A DNA stretch of 64,000 nucleotides from an uncultured Candidatus Poseidoniales archaeon (lineage in GTDB: Archaea > Thermoplasmatota > Poseidoniia > Poseidoniales > Thalassarchaeaceae). Made by a program: the position numbers and the translations under genes. The stretch covers positions 120,574 to 184,573 of the forward strand of contig CAWVWT010000001.1 of NCBI GenBank assembly GCA_963934015.1, read 5' to 3'. Shown piece by piece: positions 33,512 through 43,408 of the stretch; position 1 is the stretch's first letter; each line of letters opens with the position of its first letter. Under the pieces are notes generated by a model that saw only the letters and a program-made list of their open reading frames with translations, was not told where the DNA came from and did not search any database.

Positions 33512-36500
33512 TCAGTAATCCCACTCTTTCTCGTCACCATCGCCTTCTGCGCCACGGGTAAGGATGAAAGCGCCACCGATAACAGCAAGAACAACCAATC
33601 CAATGATTGCGTAAATTGCGTTACCAATACCTCCATCGTCTGCAGCACCAGGATCGTTTGCATCAATCACGCCAGGCTCTTCGAGGCCAGCACTCATGTC
33701 TGCATACATGTCAACACCAGGGTCGGCAACGTTGCCAACAGTGTCTTTGCCTGCAATACCGAAGTACATGTCTGTGGTACAGGTTGTACCACACATGTCC
33801 GCCTCAGTCACTGTGATCGAGGTGGTTGTGTCTTCAGTAGTTGCACAACTGTTGCCAAGCAAACTGTCGAAATCGTCGTTGACGATGGACTGTGTACCTG
33901 CCCAGCAGAGAACCCAAGCCGATACATCATCGGTACCTGTAGCATCCCATGTGAAGGTTAGTCCGTCATCTGTTGAGGTCTTGGTCGCTGCTGCGTTACT
34001 GAGGCTTGGCGCCGGTGAGACGCTACCATCTGCAGTCACGGTAACTGACATAGAACCGCCAGTGAGTTTTACACCTGTTGCAGCATTGGTATTACCATTC
34101 TCAGTCTGAACCGTGATGGTGTACATTGTACCATCAGTTCCGATGAGAGTGTGCGTACCGTCGCTGGTAGGCACAGTTCCTGCGATTGCAGTTCCATCCT
34201 CTCCCAATGCATCACAGTTTTCGCCTGCGCACCAGTAAACGTTCACTGTGTCACCGGTTGCAAATTGCGGGTTCTCTCCGTAGTCCCAAGATACCTGAAC
34301 ACCAGCATCGGGTTGCAATGCTGCCGTTAGTCCTTCGACGCCGGTTGCGGGTGGCTGTGCACCTGAAGTTGCGATGTCGAAGATGGCGTAAGTTCCGCCA
34401 CCAAGGTTGCCTTCCATACCACCATCATGAGTGAAGGTGAGTGTTGTACCACCATTTGCACCAGCAGTAGCAGTAACGTGGTTGACTGCAGTCCACGGAG
34501 TTTCTGTGGTACGCTTGTACCATAGACCCCAAGAGGTTTCTGCGTCTCCAGCGAAATCGATGGTGAGCGTCTCTGTGCCCATATCAGCAGGCATCATCAG
34601 ATTGGTCACGGTTAGATCGAATGCTACTACGCTGCTGAATGCGTTTGCATTGTTACCAAGTTGCTGGTCAGTGAATGCGTCAGCATCAGCTGCGGATACA
34701 TTGTACTGAACCATTGGTCCATAGACAATGGAGTAACTCATTGTCGCTCCTGTCACAGTCATGTCGGTGGAATATGTATTCCAGATCGATATGAGCATGC
34801 TGTCGGATGAACTGGCGCCTTGTGCATCGGTTACGGTAGCCGTAACCATGTGCTCGCCAATCCACGACATGTCAGTCTCGACCATGCAAATTGATTGGTC
34901 GCACTCAAACATGTCCATGAGTTCACTGTTTGCTGTTACTCGCTTCCACGAGTAAGCCAGTTCATTATCGGCCGTCTCTGTGTCCATTCCTCGCGCACGC
35001 ATAGTAATCCAATCACCAACGATGATTGGAGCTTCCACACTGGCACCATCTCGAGAGATGTCATCCAGTGTCATGAACACTGTTGGGTTGTCGTTGATAA
35101 CCTCGTAGAAGGTTGCTCGAACGTTGTTACCCGAGTTCATGTCGGTTGCATCAGTAGGATCGCTGGTTGCACTGAGCATGTTGATAGTTGCAGTGACCGT
35201 GTATCGACCAGCTTGCAAATCAACATCCAAGCAGGCCTTGCCTTCAGGGAAGGCCCCTGGAGCAACCTCGCTGAGTGTTGTGTGCGTGTAAGCGTCCTCG
35301 GTCTCATCCAAACATTCGTTGGAGATACCCGGATTGCCCATGAGGGCGTCTGCACCGTTCTCGTCAATGACGGTGAACGTGACATCCCAGTCGTAGTAAT
35401 TCTCTCCAGCTGAACCACCGAAGATAACATTTGCAGCAAGAGTCGTGACACCAACATTCAGAGTGCCTTCGGTCGCTTCGTTGTCACCGGCTGTGAGTGA
35501 GGTTACACCGATGTCGTGGAAGACTGTGAAGAATCCGCTGAGGACTCCAGCATTGTTGCCCGCGCGGTCATCATAAGTCAATACATTCTCCGACATAATT
35601 TGCGAAGGTGCGGATTCTGCTTCACCAGGTCCACCACTAGCAGTTGCGTCAGGTTCGTATGAATTGAAAGACGCAAGCATTGCAGTAATTGAAAAGCTAA
35701 CTGGAGCAGATGCTGCACCAGATGCACCAGTATCGCCCACGATTTGACCATGGAAGACGTATGCTTGCTGGAAGGTCATCACTGTACGGTCTTGTGTACA
35801 AGGGTTGTCGCCTCCATTGCATGGGTTATCCTGCAAGTCATTGGTATCAGTTACCGGATCATCCAGTGTTGACATGTTCTGCCAAACGTGGACTGCGGTC
35901 GTGTCACCGACGACAAGGGACATTGTGTCTCCACCCGCTGCGGCGTTAACTGGTTGGTTTGAACCTGCACCATCAGTGTCCAGATTGGTTGGATTCATTG
36001 GGTCCGTGTCATATGCACCTGCGAACTCAACCGATACGGTTGTTTCACGAGGGGCCCATGCTTCGGAACCATCTGCAGTAACCGTTACCGCGAAAGTGTG
36101 TGGGCCTGCGCCTTGTGTATTACCATACGGTCCTGTACCAGCGCCTTCTTCAAGACAGTCGCCACCGGCGCCATCTGTCCAGCAAAGGTCGACAATGATG
36201 TCACGGTAGTGTTGGACAACAACTGTGTATGTTCGGTCGTTGTTGGTTAGATCGGTATCCATGCCACCGTATCCTTCAAGTGAAATTGTTACAGTATATT
36301 CACCAGGAATAGTTGGGGACCACGATAGGTCACCGCCACTTTCTGCTTGGACACGGTAGTTTCCGCCACCCAAGAAGTCACCAGATGCCAGCGTATTGTA
36401 GCTGCAACCAGTTACAGTGGTGGTACCGGGACAAACTGCGTCATCGAGGTTGTCGATTACGGCAGTTTGACCATCTCCAGCCGGAGTAACGGACACGCGA

Positions 36501-36772
36501 ATGTTGAATTCTTCGTGTGCGTTGTCACCATCATTGATGATGATCGGCCGGAAATAGACGATTTCACCAATGTCTATTCCATTCCGAGTGTTACCGCCTT
36601 GGTCCACGAATGTTTCTCGTGGTTGCAAGACGTCGTGCAGGTTCAATTCGTAGTCCGCACGGCCACCCGTTTCCATTTCGTTCGTATCTTTCAGTTCATC
36701 AGCGAAGTCGATTCCAGCAAACAAGCTGGTCAACATCAACGCCGTGAGTACAATAGGTACAATTTGCTTCAA
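33512..36772 (-). CDS. Secreted Thr/Gly/Asp-rich cell-surface protein (Ig-like/CARDB-like repeats) with a C-terminal TM anchor
   Basis: Probable TTG start at 36772 (MKQIVPIVLTALMLTSLFAG signal peptide) preceded by the SD-like GGGAGGA. The track ORF begins at GTG 36790. C-terminus is AIYAIIGLVVLAVIGGAFIL followed by TRGAEGDGDEKEWDY. Confidence 0.7.
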   Translation of the reverse strand: MKQIVPIVLTALMLTSLFAGIDFADELKDTNEMETGGRADYELNLHDVLQPRETFVDQGGNTRNGIDIGEIVYFRPIIINDGDNAHEEFNIRVSVTPAGDGQTAVIDNLDDAVCPGTTTVTGCSYNTLASGDFLGGGNYRVQAESGGDLSWSPTIPGEYTVTISLEGYGGMDTDLTNNDRTYTVVVQHYRDIIVDLCWTDGAGGDCLEEGAGTGPYGNTQGAGPHTFAVTVTADGSEAWAPRETTVSVEFAGAYDTDPMNPTNLDTDGAGSNQPVNAAAGGDTMSLVVGDTTAVHVWQNMSTLDDPVTDTNDLQDNPCNGGDNPCTQDRTVMTFQQAYVFHGQIVGDTGASGAASAPVSFSITAMLASFNSYEPDATASGGPGEAESAPSQIMSENVLTYDDRAGNNAGVLSGFFTVFHDIGVTSLTAGDNEATEGTLNVGVTTLAANVIFGGSAGENYYDWDVTFTVIDENGADALMGNPGISNECLDETEDAYTHTTLSEVAPGAFPEGKACLDVDLQAGRYTVTATINMLSATSDPTDATDMNSGNNVRATFYEVINDNPTVFMTLDDISRDGASVEAPIIVGDWITMRARGMDTETADNELAYSWKRVTANSELMDMFECDQSICMVETDMSWIGEHMVTATVTDAQGASSSDSMLISIWNTYSTDMTVTGATMSYSIVYGPMVQYNVSAADADAFTDQQLGNNANAFSSVVAFDLTVTNLMMPADMGTETLTIDFAGDAETSWGLWYKRTTETPWTAVNHVTATAGANGGTTLTFTHDGGMEGNLGGGTYAIFDIATSGAQPPATGVEGLTAALQPDAGVQVSWDYGENPQFATGDTVNVYWCAGENCDALGEDGTAIAGTVPTSDGTHTLIGTDGTMYTITVQTENGNTNAATGVKLTGGSMSVTVTADGSVSPAPSLSNAAATKTSTDDGLTFTWDATGTDDVSAWVLCWAGTQSIVNDDFDSLLGNSCATTEDTTTSITVTEADMCGTTCTTDMYFGIAGKDTVGNVADPGVDMYADMSAGLEEPGVIDANDPGAADDGGIGNAIYAIIGLVVLAVIGGAFILTRGAEGDGDEKEWDY

Positions 36773-36819
36773 TTTACAGTCCTCCCTCACAGTGGGTGCT
36801 TCGCCACAGAAAAACTTTG

Positions 36820-36828
36820 TATTTATAG
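36820..36828 (-). promoter_or_regulatory. TATA box (TATAAATA on the minus strand) for the 33512-36772 surface-protein gene
   Basis: Plus strand reads atttatag. It lies about 25-30 nt upstream of the predicted leader, which carries the GGGAGGA SD and the TTG start. Confidence 0.4.
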
Positions 36829-36904
36829 TGACCGCCGGCCCAAGTTACTTTTAGTGGCTTAAATCTGCATTTCTTTATTAATTCTAGAACGAACTATTTG
36901 TAAT

Positions 36905-39900
36905 TTAATTTACATCCCGCAGGGCTTCTGCCGGTCGGATGGATGCGGCCTTTCGAACAGGCCATAGTGTTGCAAACAACGTCAAAATGTACGCTCCGAT
37001 GACAATCATGTAAATCTCATTCCATGGCATGATAAATTCCGCACCATCTTCTTTGAGGAATCGATCATACAGCGCATAGTGGAAGCCAACGCCGACCAGT
37101 GCACCATTGAGGATACCCAAGAAAGACACCCAAGATAACTCGACAAGGAAGGTGGCAACCACCATACTCCTCTGGAATCCAAGTGCCCTCAAGATGCCAA
37201 TTTGATGGCGACGTTCGCTAACATTGCGAATTGTAACAACCGCCAAACCAGCAATTCCCACAACCAAGCCAAGTCCAAGGAAGGCTTTCAAAAGCCCAAA
37301 TATGGAGAGGACGAATGAATTGATTTTATTCCAAGCGACCTCGATGACAAACACACCAACTCCATCCTCAATCATCCCTCGTTCGATTTCATCTGCAGCG
37401 TATTCTTGATCAGCAACATTCGTACCATTCGGTAAACTGAACCAAACAATCTGTGGTTTGGCATCAAACCGTTCTTCAGCGAAATCCGACTGAATGTAAA
37501 TCCCTGGTATGAAGACTGAGGCTTCCTGTTTGAGAATGCCCCCCACAAATACCGTTCGATTGACTCCGGAGTTACTCGGGTCGCTAATCAGAATTCGATC
37601 TCCAATTCCCAAGTCGAGAGAAGGAGGAGCATTCTCCCAACCTTCGGGTGTCGGTGTGAGGCTGAAATCGATGATGACGAGGCTTTCATCGGCTAGAACC
37701 GCAGCCCATGCTTCCTCTTCTGTTTCACCGAGTTCTGTGGCCCAAAGCTCCAAACTCAAAGCACCATGTTCTGAGAAGTTTGAGTCAAAACCCTGTAAAC
37801 CTACATTCAATTTGTCACCATTACCATCGAATCGTTCAGCTTTGACGACCCCTGTATGAATGGTCGCAATCGAATCGAAATCTGAAACGTTCATCTGTCC
37901 TAAATCCCAATTGCCAACATCTGGGTCTAATTCACTGCTGCTGTATGCAAGAATTTCGTAATTACCACCCGACTCATCACCCATTTCTTCGAGATTATTC
38001 GCTGTAATCGCCGAAGTTCCTGAAAGAATGACCACTGCAAAAATGACCAAGGAAAACATGCCCATCGTCATCGATGTGCGGAAAGGCGTCGCCATCGGAT
38101 AGGCCAGACTGGTTGGTAAAACGGAGGCGATTTTCCCCGATAGAGGGGCCAACATACGAGATAAGAAACGTGTCACCAACGGTGCAAGACTGGTCAATAA
38201 CAAGACACCAGCAGCGACCATGAAGATCCCTAATATGATGAAAGAAAAGGGGCCTTGCTCCCATGGTTCACTAATTGGGTCACCTTTCCAACCCCAGAAA
38301 ATCATCGATAAACTCAGGATGGATAAAATCAGTTTTGGGAGCACGACGGGACGATGGAATCGCATCCCGCGAATCGTGATATCTTCCGGTAGAACTCGGC
38401 CTAGAACCAAAAATGCAGGCGGGACCAAGGCAAGCATGAGTGTGAACCCACCCAACAGCCACCAAGCATGCCGGATGCCGTCCTCGGGTTCTCCAAGGAA
38501 GAAAGCGAGTGCAAAACTACCGAGTGAAGAGAAGCCGAGGAATAGCGTGACAAGAATCGACCACCATGGCAGCCCGTTGCCGTAACGCGTTGGAATACTA
38601 CGAATGGCGGCGACAACATTGAGGCGACTAATCCAAACCGAGGTTGTCCATAACGTCGACCAAGTGACCAAGAAGCCTGCTGTGAATCCGGCGAGGACAC
38701 TTTGGAATGTCCAATCAAAGATTACAGTCCAAGAAAATGTATCTTGGAAGGCTGTCCCCATGAATTTCATCAAAACCCAAGCGACACCGATGCCAACAAA
38801 AGCACCGACTGCGCTTGAAATCAAACCGAGTAAGGCACCTTCCTGAACGAATAGTACACGTAAATCGCTACGGTGCATACCGATGGCGCGAGCCATGCCC
38901 ATCTCCGGTTTTCGTTCATCAGCCAACATGACGAAGATATTCATTACAAGAAGAATTCCTGAAAAGACGACGAACGACCCAAAGATGAGGAATAGCATAG
39001 AGAATGTCTCACCGAAATCAGCGGTTGCTTCAATCATTCTGAGCTTGATAGGAGTGACATTCAAATCGGCAGAATCGAGATCTGCCTGCTCATCAGCCCA
39101 GGCTTCAATGCTTACCAATACAGCCTCGTATACAGCGGGATTAATCAAACCAGGTCCAACGATTATGACCATGCTGCGAGCACCGTTACTGCCACCTGCC
39201 AATAATTCAGCATCAGGAATTGATACCAGACCAAAGGTCATGTCTGCAAACGATGGTTGGCCAGGGGGGGAGGGAAGGCTTAGATTTGCATCTTCAACGA
39301 GAAGACGTTCGCCATCCCACTGACCACGAATTGCAGGTAAATAGCCGCGCAGTCTGACAGATTCCCCCGTATCAAGATCGAGCGTTTCTCCTGCCCAATC
39401 CGATACATGGATGTTGCCGCTTGTAACCGAAGGGAAACCCATTGTATCACAACCGTCGCAACCGACAACCGTGAGGGGTACACGGTTCACAGAATCGATA
39501 CGAATACGAGAAGGAAGGCGCCCAGACAGATTGCCTTCATCAGCAATCGCGACGCCAACTCCCGTGGTTACAATCAGGCGATTTGATTCGAAACTCAGTG
39601 CTGCATCATTGGTGTTTGCTGCCGGCGGCAATTGAATTGAAAGTGAGTTGAAAGCAGTCCCATTCCAAGCCCAGAGCCCCTCACCTTCAACCCAAATCGA
39701 ATTCAATGAATAAGCCACCAGTGTGCCATTTGGAAGTCCGTGTTCCCATGCTGCAGTCGCGTTACCGTCATCGAGGTGATACAGGGATTGGCCTTCAACA
39801 ACCCATGTTGAATTTGAGTGCTCAAACAAGTCACGACGTTCTGTTGTATCTTGGGAACAAATCAGAGATTCGACATTGCCCCCTGAACAAGTCTGACTAC

Positions 39901-41536
39901 CGAGTATGCCCCCGATACGAACAACAATCTCATCACCATCCACGGCGAGATCGACACCCAATGCAGAGCCATCGGCAACCAGAGAGGTGACAGTCCATGT
40001 TTCAAGTCCCCCCGTAGAGGAATGCAACCAAACGTTGCCTTCGTTCTCCTCGAGTGCAAGTGTTGTAGGTTGGTTGCCCTGACAATCATTGATACAGAAC
40101 GAAGCGAGGGCATCGATAGAGTGTGATTCAAGATAATCCATATCTGGGGCATCGGGGGCCAAATCGATGTGCCGAACGCCATCTACATGTGCGATTAACC
40201 CGGATTCATTACTGGTCAACAGGATATCACGGATAGACTCATCATCGACATCATCGGGAGTCCAAATCCACCATTGACCATCTGAATCTTGCAACGATAA
40301 TCCAGAACCTGTTGCATACCAATCCCAACCATCGGTTTGCTCAATTGAAGATATAGATGCGGATGCTAAACCGGATACATTGAGCCATTGCTGCGCGATA
40401 TTATACAATGGAACTTGCAACAATTCAACCGAATCAAGAGTGAATTCTGATTCATTAACGAGTGTCGTGAGATTGTAGACCTCATTTTCGCGCAGTTGCC
40501 CGATTCCCGTGGTACGCGCTACTGCGATTAGACCTGATTCCGCATCGGATTCGATGGTGAATCCCGCATCTTCTGCGATCAAATGCTCATTGACCAATGA
40601 CTTGATTTCACTTCGGAGTGCATCACTACCATCACCTTTGACAGCGATAGCAATGTGAGAAATAATCTCCTCCTTTTCAGTGATTTCTTGAGCCTGATAC
40701 AATGTTGTGAATAATAATGGTTGACGGCTATTTTGATGCCCAGTATTAGCATCTGAAACAATGTATTGTACGGTGAGATTTGTTGTACTGCGGACAAGGC
40801 CCACCTGTAAATCAATATCGACCCAGTGAATTTCAATCGTATCGCCAACAGATGCAGATACACTGTCAGCTAGTTCTTCGTTAATGACGACATTTCCGTC
40901 GTCAATTTCAGCATAACGAATACCATTCTCGCCACCGATGGGCCCAAATCCGCCCGCATTTGAATAATTTTCATCAAATGCATACCATGTTGCAATGGGT
41001 TCACCCAAACCATCGAATTGGATCGATGCACTCATCCGCACCCCTGGGCGCACACCGTCAACATCTGACCAACTGAGGAGTTCGTCAGAAATATCGTTTG
41101 CACGAGTTTGATTCCATTCTGTCCACAACCCTGTTGTTTTGTCATTGCCTTTGATGTAGTAATCCGTGTCACCGAGAGGTGCTAAGAATTGTTCCTCCAT
41201 GGTCGCATCCAAACTATCACCAATCACCAAAGAAGAGGTTACGATTGCCGAACCAACAAGTAAACCGATGACAACAAGTGCGGTGTTTCGCTTGCGGCGA
41301 ACCAAATTATTACGCGCCATGACGGATAAAATACGATGTCGACTGGAAAGCAGCCACTGCATCGTTGACCAAACAATAAGGCCGGTGATTAAAGATAGGC
41401 CGAAGAGTGTGAATGTACGCCCCAAACCCCAATCATAATCGTCCCACTGCACTGCAGTGGTGAGTGTGGCAGCGAGAATGCTGACTACCGCCGTAACTAC
41501 CCGGCGTTCGGGCGTCCACGGACCGGCCAGAGACAT
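36905..41536 (-). CDS. MacB/FtsX-family ABC transporter permease, 1543 aa, with two FtsX-type 4-TM modules and very large extracellular domains
   Basis: Two FtsX/DUF214-like TM blocks: ...MARAIGMHRSDLRVLFVQEGALLGLISSAVGAFVGIGVAW... and ...LRALGFQRSMVVATFLVELSWVSFLGILNGALVGVGF.... An N-terminal TM is followed by an ~800-aa extracellular region. The stop lies 12 nt downstream of the ATPase gene. Confidence 0.82.
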   Translation of the reverse strand: MSLAGPWTPERRVVTAVVSILAATLTTAVQWDDYDWGLGRTFTLFGLSLITGLIVWSTMQWLLSSRHRILSVMARNNLVRRKRNTALVVIGLLVGSAIVTSSLVIGDSLDATMEEQFLAPLGDTDYYIKGNDKTTGLWTEWNQTRANDISDELLSWSDVDGVRPGVRMSASIQFDGLGEPIATWYAFDENYSNAGGFGPIGGENGIRYAEIDDGNVVINEELADSVSASVGDTIEIHWVDIDLQVGLVRSTTNLTVQYIVSDANTGHQNSRQPLLFTTLYQAQEITEKEEIISHIAIAVKGDGSDALRSEIKSLVNEHLIAEDAGFTIESDAESGLIAVARTTGIGQLRENEVYNLTTLVNESEFTLDSVELLQVPLYNIAQQWLNVSGLASASISSIEQTDGWDWYATGSGLSLQDSDGQWWIWTPDDVDDESIRDILLTSNESGLIAHVDGVRHIDLAPDAPDMDYLESHSIDALASFCINDCQGNQPTTLALEENEGNVWLHSSTGGLETWTVTSLVADGSALGVDLAVDGDEIVVRIGGILGSQTCSGGNVESLICSQDTTERRDLFEHSNSTWVVEGQSLYHLDDGNATAAWEHGLPNGTLVAYSLNSIWVEGEGLWAWNGTAFNSLSIQLPPAANTNDAALSFESNRLIVTTGVGVAIADEGNLSGRLPSRIRIDSVNRVPLTVVGCDGCDTMGFPSVTSGNIHVSDWAGETLDLDTGESVRLRGYLPAIRGQWDGERLLVEDANLSLPSPPGQPSFADMTFGLVSIPDAELLAGGSNGARSMVIIVGPGLINPAVYEAVLVSIEAWADEQADLDSADLNVTPIKLRMIEATADFGETFSMLFLIFGSFVVFSGILLVMNIFVMLADERKPEMGMARAIGMHRSDLRVLFVQEGALLGLISSAVGAFVGIGVAWVLMKFMGTAFQDTFSWTVIFDWTFQSVLAGFTAGFLVTWSTLWTTSVWISRLNVVAAIRSIPTRYGNGLPWWSILVTLFLGFSSLGSFALAFFLGEPEDGIRHAWWLLGGFTLMLALVPPAFLVLGRVLPEDITIRGMRFHRPVVLPKLILSILSLSMIFWGWKGDPISEPWEQGPFSFIILGIFMVAAGVLLLTSLAPLVTRFLSRMLAPLSGKIASVLPTSLAYPMATPFRTSMTMGMFSLVIFAVVILSGTSAITANNLEEMGDESGGNYEILAYSSSELDPDVGNWDLGQMNVSDFDSIATIHTGVVKAERFDGNGDKLNVGLQGFDSNFSEHGALSLELWATELGETEEEAWAAVLADESLVIIDFSLTPTPEGWENAPPSLDLGIGDRILISDPSNSGVNRTVFVGGILKQEASVFIPGIYIQSDFAEERFDAKPQIVWFSLPNGTNVADQEYAADEIERGMIEDGVGVFVIEVAWNKINSFVLSIFGLLKAFLGLGLVVGIAGLAVVTIRNVSERRHQIGILRALGFQRSMVVATFLVELSWVSFLGILNGALVGVGFHYALYDRFLKEDGAEFIMPWNEIYMIVIGAYILTLFATLWPVRKAASIRPAEALRDVN

Positions 41537-41548
41537 CGGAAAAACCCC

Positions 41549-42247
41549 CTATTCCTCTTCTCCAATACGACGATCTTCAGTGATTCGACCGTCGTGCATG
41601 ACCAGTACCCGAGAGCAACGATCAGCAATCTCAGAATCGTGTGTCACGAGGAGTAACGTAACCCCGTGTTCAGCATTCAAACTCAACAATAAATCAATAA
41701 TTTCATCGCTGGTTTGTGAATCGAGGTTTCCGGTCGCCTCATCAGCAAAAATCACAGCAGGGTCATGCACAAATGAACGGGCAATCGTGACACGCTGCTG
41801 CTGTCCACCGGACAACTCAGAGGGTAAATGCCCCTCTCGATCTGCCAACCCAACCGCATCTAGAGCAGAAAGGGCGCGTTCACGGGCCTCACGAGGGGAG
41901 CATCCAGCCATCAATAGTGGTAATTCGACATTCTCCACTGCAGTCAATACTGGTAAGAGATTGAATGACTGGAAGATGAAACCCAATTGTGATCCACGCA
42001 ATGCTGTGAGTTCATAGTCGGACATCTGTGACAATGCCTGACCGTGAATAAAAACATCTCCTGCCGAAATTTCATCTAGCCCTGAAAGGCAATTGAGCAG
42101 TGTTGTCTTTCCACAACCACTGGGACCCATGACAGCAACCATTTCGCCGGGTTTCAGTGATACGCTAACCTTGCGAAGAGCTTCAACCCGGTTTGTACCG
42201 GTTTCGTATACCTTCCACAATTCACGTGCTTCGAGTACAGTCGTCAT
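41549..42247 (-). CDS. ABC transporter ATP-binding protein, MacB/LolD type
   Basis: Start at ATG 42247 (MTTVLEARELWKVYETG...). Walker A GPSGCGKTT, signature LSGGQQQRVTIARS, Walker B IFADEATGNLD. The track ORF has a 55-codon non-conserved upstream extension. Confidence 0.88.
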   Translation of the reverse strand: MTTVLEARELWKVYETGTNRVEALRKVSVSLKPGEMVAVMGPSGCGKTTLLNCLSGLDEISAGDVFIHGQALSQMSDYELTALRGSQLGFIFQSFNLLPVLTAVENVELPLLMAGCSPREARERALSALDAVGLADREGHLPSELSGGQQQRVTIARSFVHDPAVIFADEATGNLDSQTSDEIIDLLLSLNAEHGVTLLLVTHDSEIADRCSRVLVMHDGRITEDRRIGEEE

Positions 42248-42301
42248 GACTTCCTGTGGGTGGAGCAGGGATATAACACTCCGTCTTGCAGCAGACCGCT
42301 G

Positions 42302-42529
42302 ATGAATTCCCACACAGTCCTCTTTTTCGGCCCACTGCGCGATGTATTTGAAACAAAGTCGATGGAAATTGAAATGCCAGAAAACTGTTCGGTAGATGAT
42401 GTACTCAACCACCTGGGGGTTGACCAGAATCTCGTCAAAACAGCCGTAAATGGGGAAATCGTCCCCGCGTCTACACGATTGGGGGTGGCTTCTGAAATCG
42501 CTCTACTTCCGCCGGTTTCAGGCGGTTGA
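42302..42529 (+). CDS. MoaD/ThiS-family ubiquitin-like small protein (SAMP-like) ending in Gly-Gly
   Basis: MNSHTVLFFGPLRDVFETKSMEIEMPENCSVDDVLNHLGV...NGEIVPASTRLGVASEIALLPPVSGG. The C-terminal EIALLPPVSGG is the MoaD/SAMP consensus. Start was set at ATG 42302; the track start 42260 lies 13 nt from the divergent ATPase start. Confidence 0.72.
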   Translation: MNSHTVLFFGPLRDVFETKSMEIEMPENCSVDDVLNHLGVDQNLVKTAVNGEIVPASTRLGVASEIALLPPVSGG

Positions 42530-42580
42530 ACAGGCGGAATCTTGAATGGGGGCATTCAACCAGCAGGGTTCGGTAAGCAC

Positions 42581-42859
42581 ATGGCATTCGGTACTCAAGA
42601 ACTCGTAATCGTCCTCATCGCCTTCTTTATTCTCTTCGGCGCAGAACGGTTACCCAAACTCGCTAGATCAATGGGCCAGGCCAAGGGGGAATTCCACGAA
42701 GGTTTGGCTGATGTCAAGAAAGCTGGCGATACAACGGAAGATGATCTGGATCGAGGTGGTCGTACCGAAGCAGCTGAATTATCGGAACAGGCTCAAGATT
42801 CCGGCGTTGATGTCGAGGGGAAAACGCCTGAAGAAGTTGAAGACGAAATGTCAGATTAA
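42581..42859 (+). CDS. tatA: Twin-arginine translocase subunit TatA/E
   Basis: MAFGTQELVIVLIAFFILFGAERLPKLARSMGQAKGEF is a classic TatA TM plus amphipathic helix, followed by an acidic tail. Confidence 0.85.
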   Translation: MAFGTQELVIVLIAFFILFGAERLPKLARSMGQAKGEFHEGLADVKKAGDTTEDDLDRGGRTEAAELSEQAQDSGVDVEGKTPEEVEDEMSD

Positions 42860-42890
42860 TCAATTGGGAAATTAAATTTTCAATTGGGAT

Positions 42891-43373
42891 TTATATCCTT
42901 TTTACGCCAAGTGGAGATCCACAATCTGGGCATGTTTCCCCTTGCTGTTGTACCGCACCACAACCCACACACACCAACGCATGTGTACGCACTTCCCTAA
43001 CACCATCTTGGATGACCCCTCGCCAAGGATGTCCATGGTGTTGGCACACGTTTTGCATACGATAATCATCTGTAACCAATGGGAAACCTGTAGAAAATGC
43101 AAGTGCTAGGACTTCTAAATCCACGCTTGAAAGGCCACTGAAGTCACCCGTTTCTTGGCTAGCCTGAGTTGCGACCTCAATTGCAGACTGATTTGGCGTT
43201 TCGAAACAGGGGCCTTGCGATTCTAACATGAGGTGGCGAGACGGGGACAACCGCTGAACTTCGTCCAACTGACTGCTTGCACAAATCCCTTGCATGAGTG
43301 ACTCTAGCGGCCAAGAGAGTAACGCAGCCGTATCAAGAACCTCCATGGCGGTTAGGCAGCATCGGTGTAACAT
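42891..43373 (-). CDS. Nob1-like PIN-domain endonuclease with C-terminal zinc ribbon
   Basis: N-terminal VLDTAAL (PIN Asp), LVTDDYRMQNV, and a C-terminal CVGCGAVQQQGETCPDCGSPL zinc ribbon. This is the Nob1 architecture. Pre-rRNA D-site endonuclease activity is inferred from family. Confidence 0.6.
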   Translation of the reverse strand: MLHRCCLTAMEVLDTAALLSWPLESLMQGICASSQLDEVQRLSPSRHLMLESQGPCFETPNQSAIEVATQASQETGDFSGLSSVDLEVLALAFSTGFPLVTDDYRMQNVCQHHGHPWRGVIQDGVREVRTHALVCVGCGAVQQQGETCPDCGSPLGVKRI

Positions 43374-43408
43374 CAGCCTTCCGCACCTGACGATGATGGG
43401 AAAGGGTC

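Noticed and set aside
42860-42890. Direct repeat TCAATTGGGA x2 between convergent tatA and nob1
   Set aside because: It is a short AT-rich spacer with T-tracts serving both convergent genes. The 10-nt repeat is too short and isolated to call a functional element.
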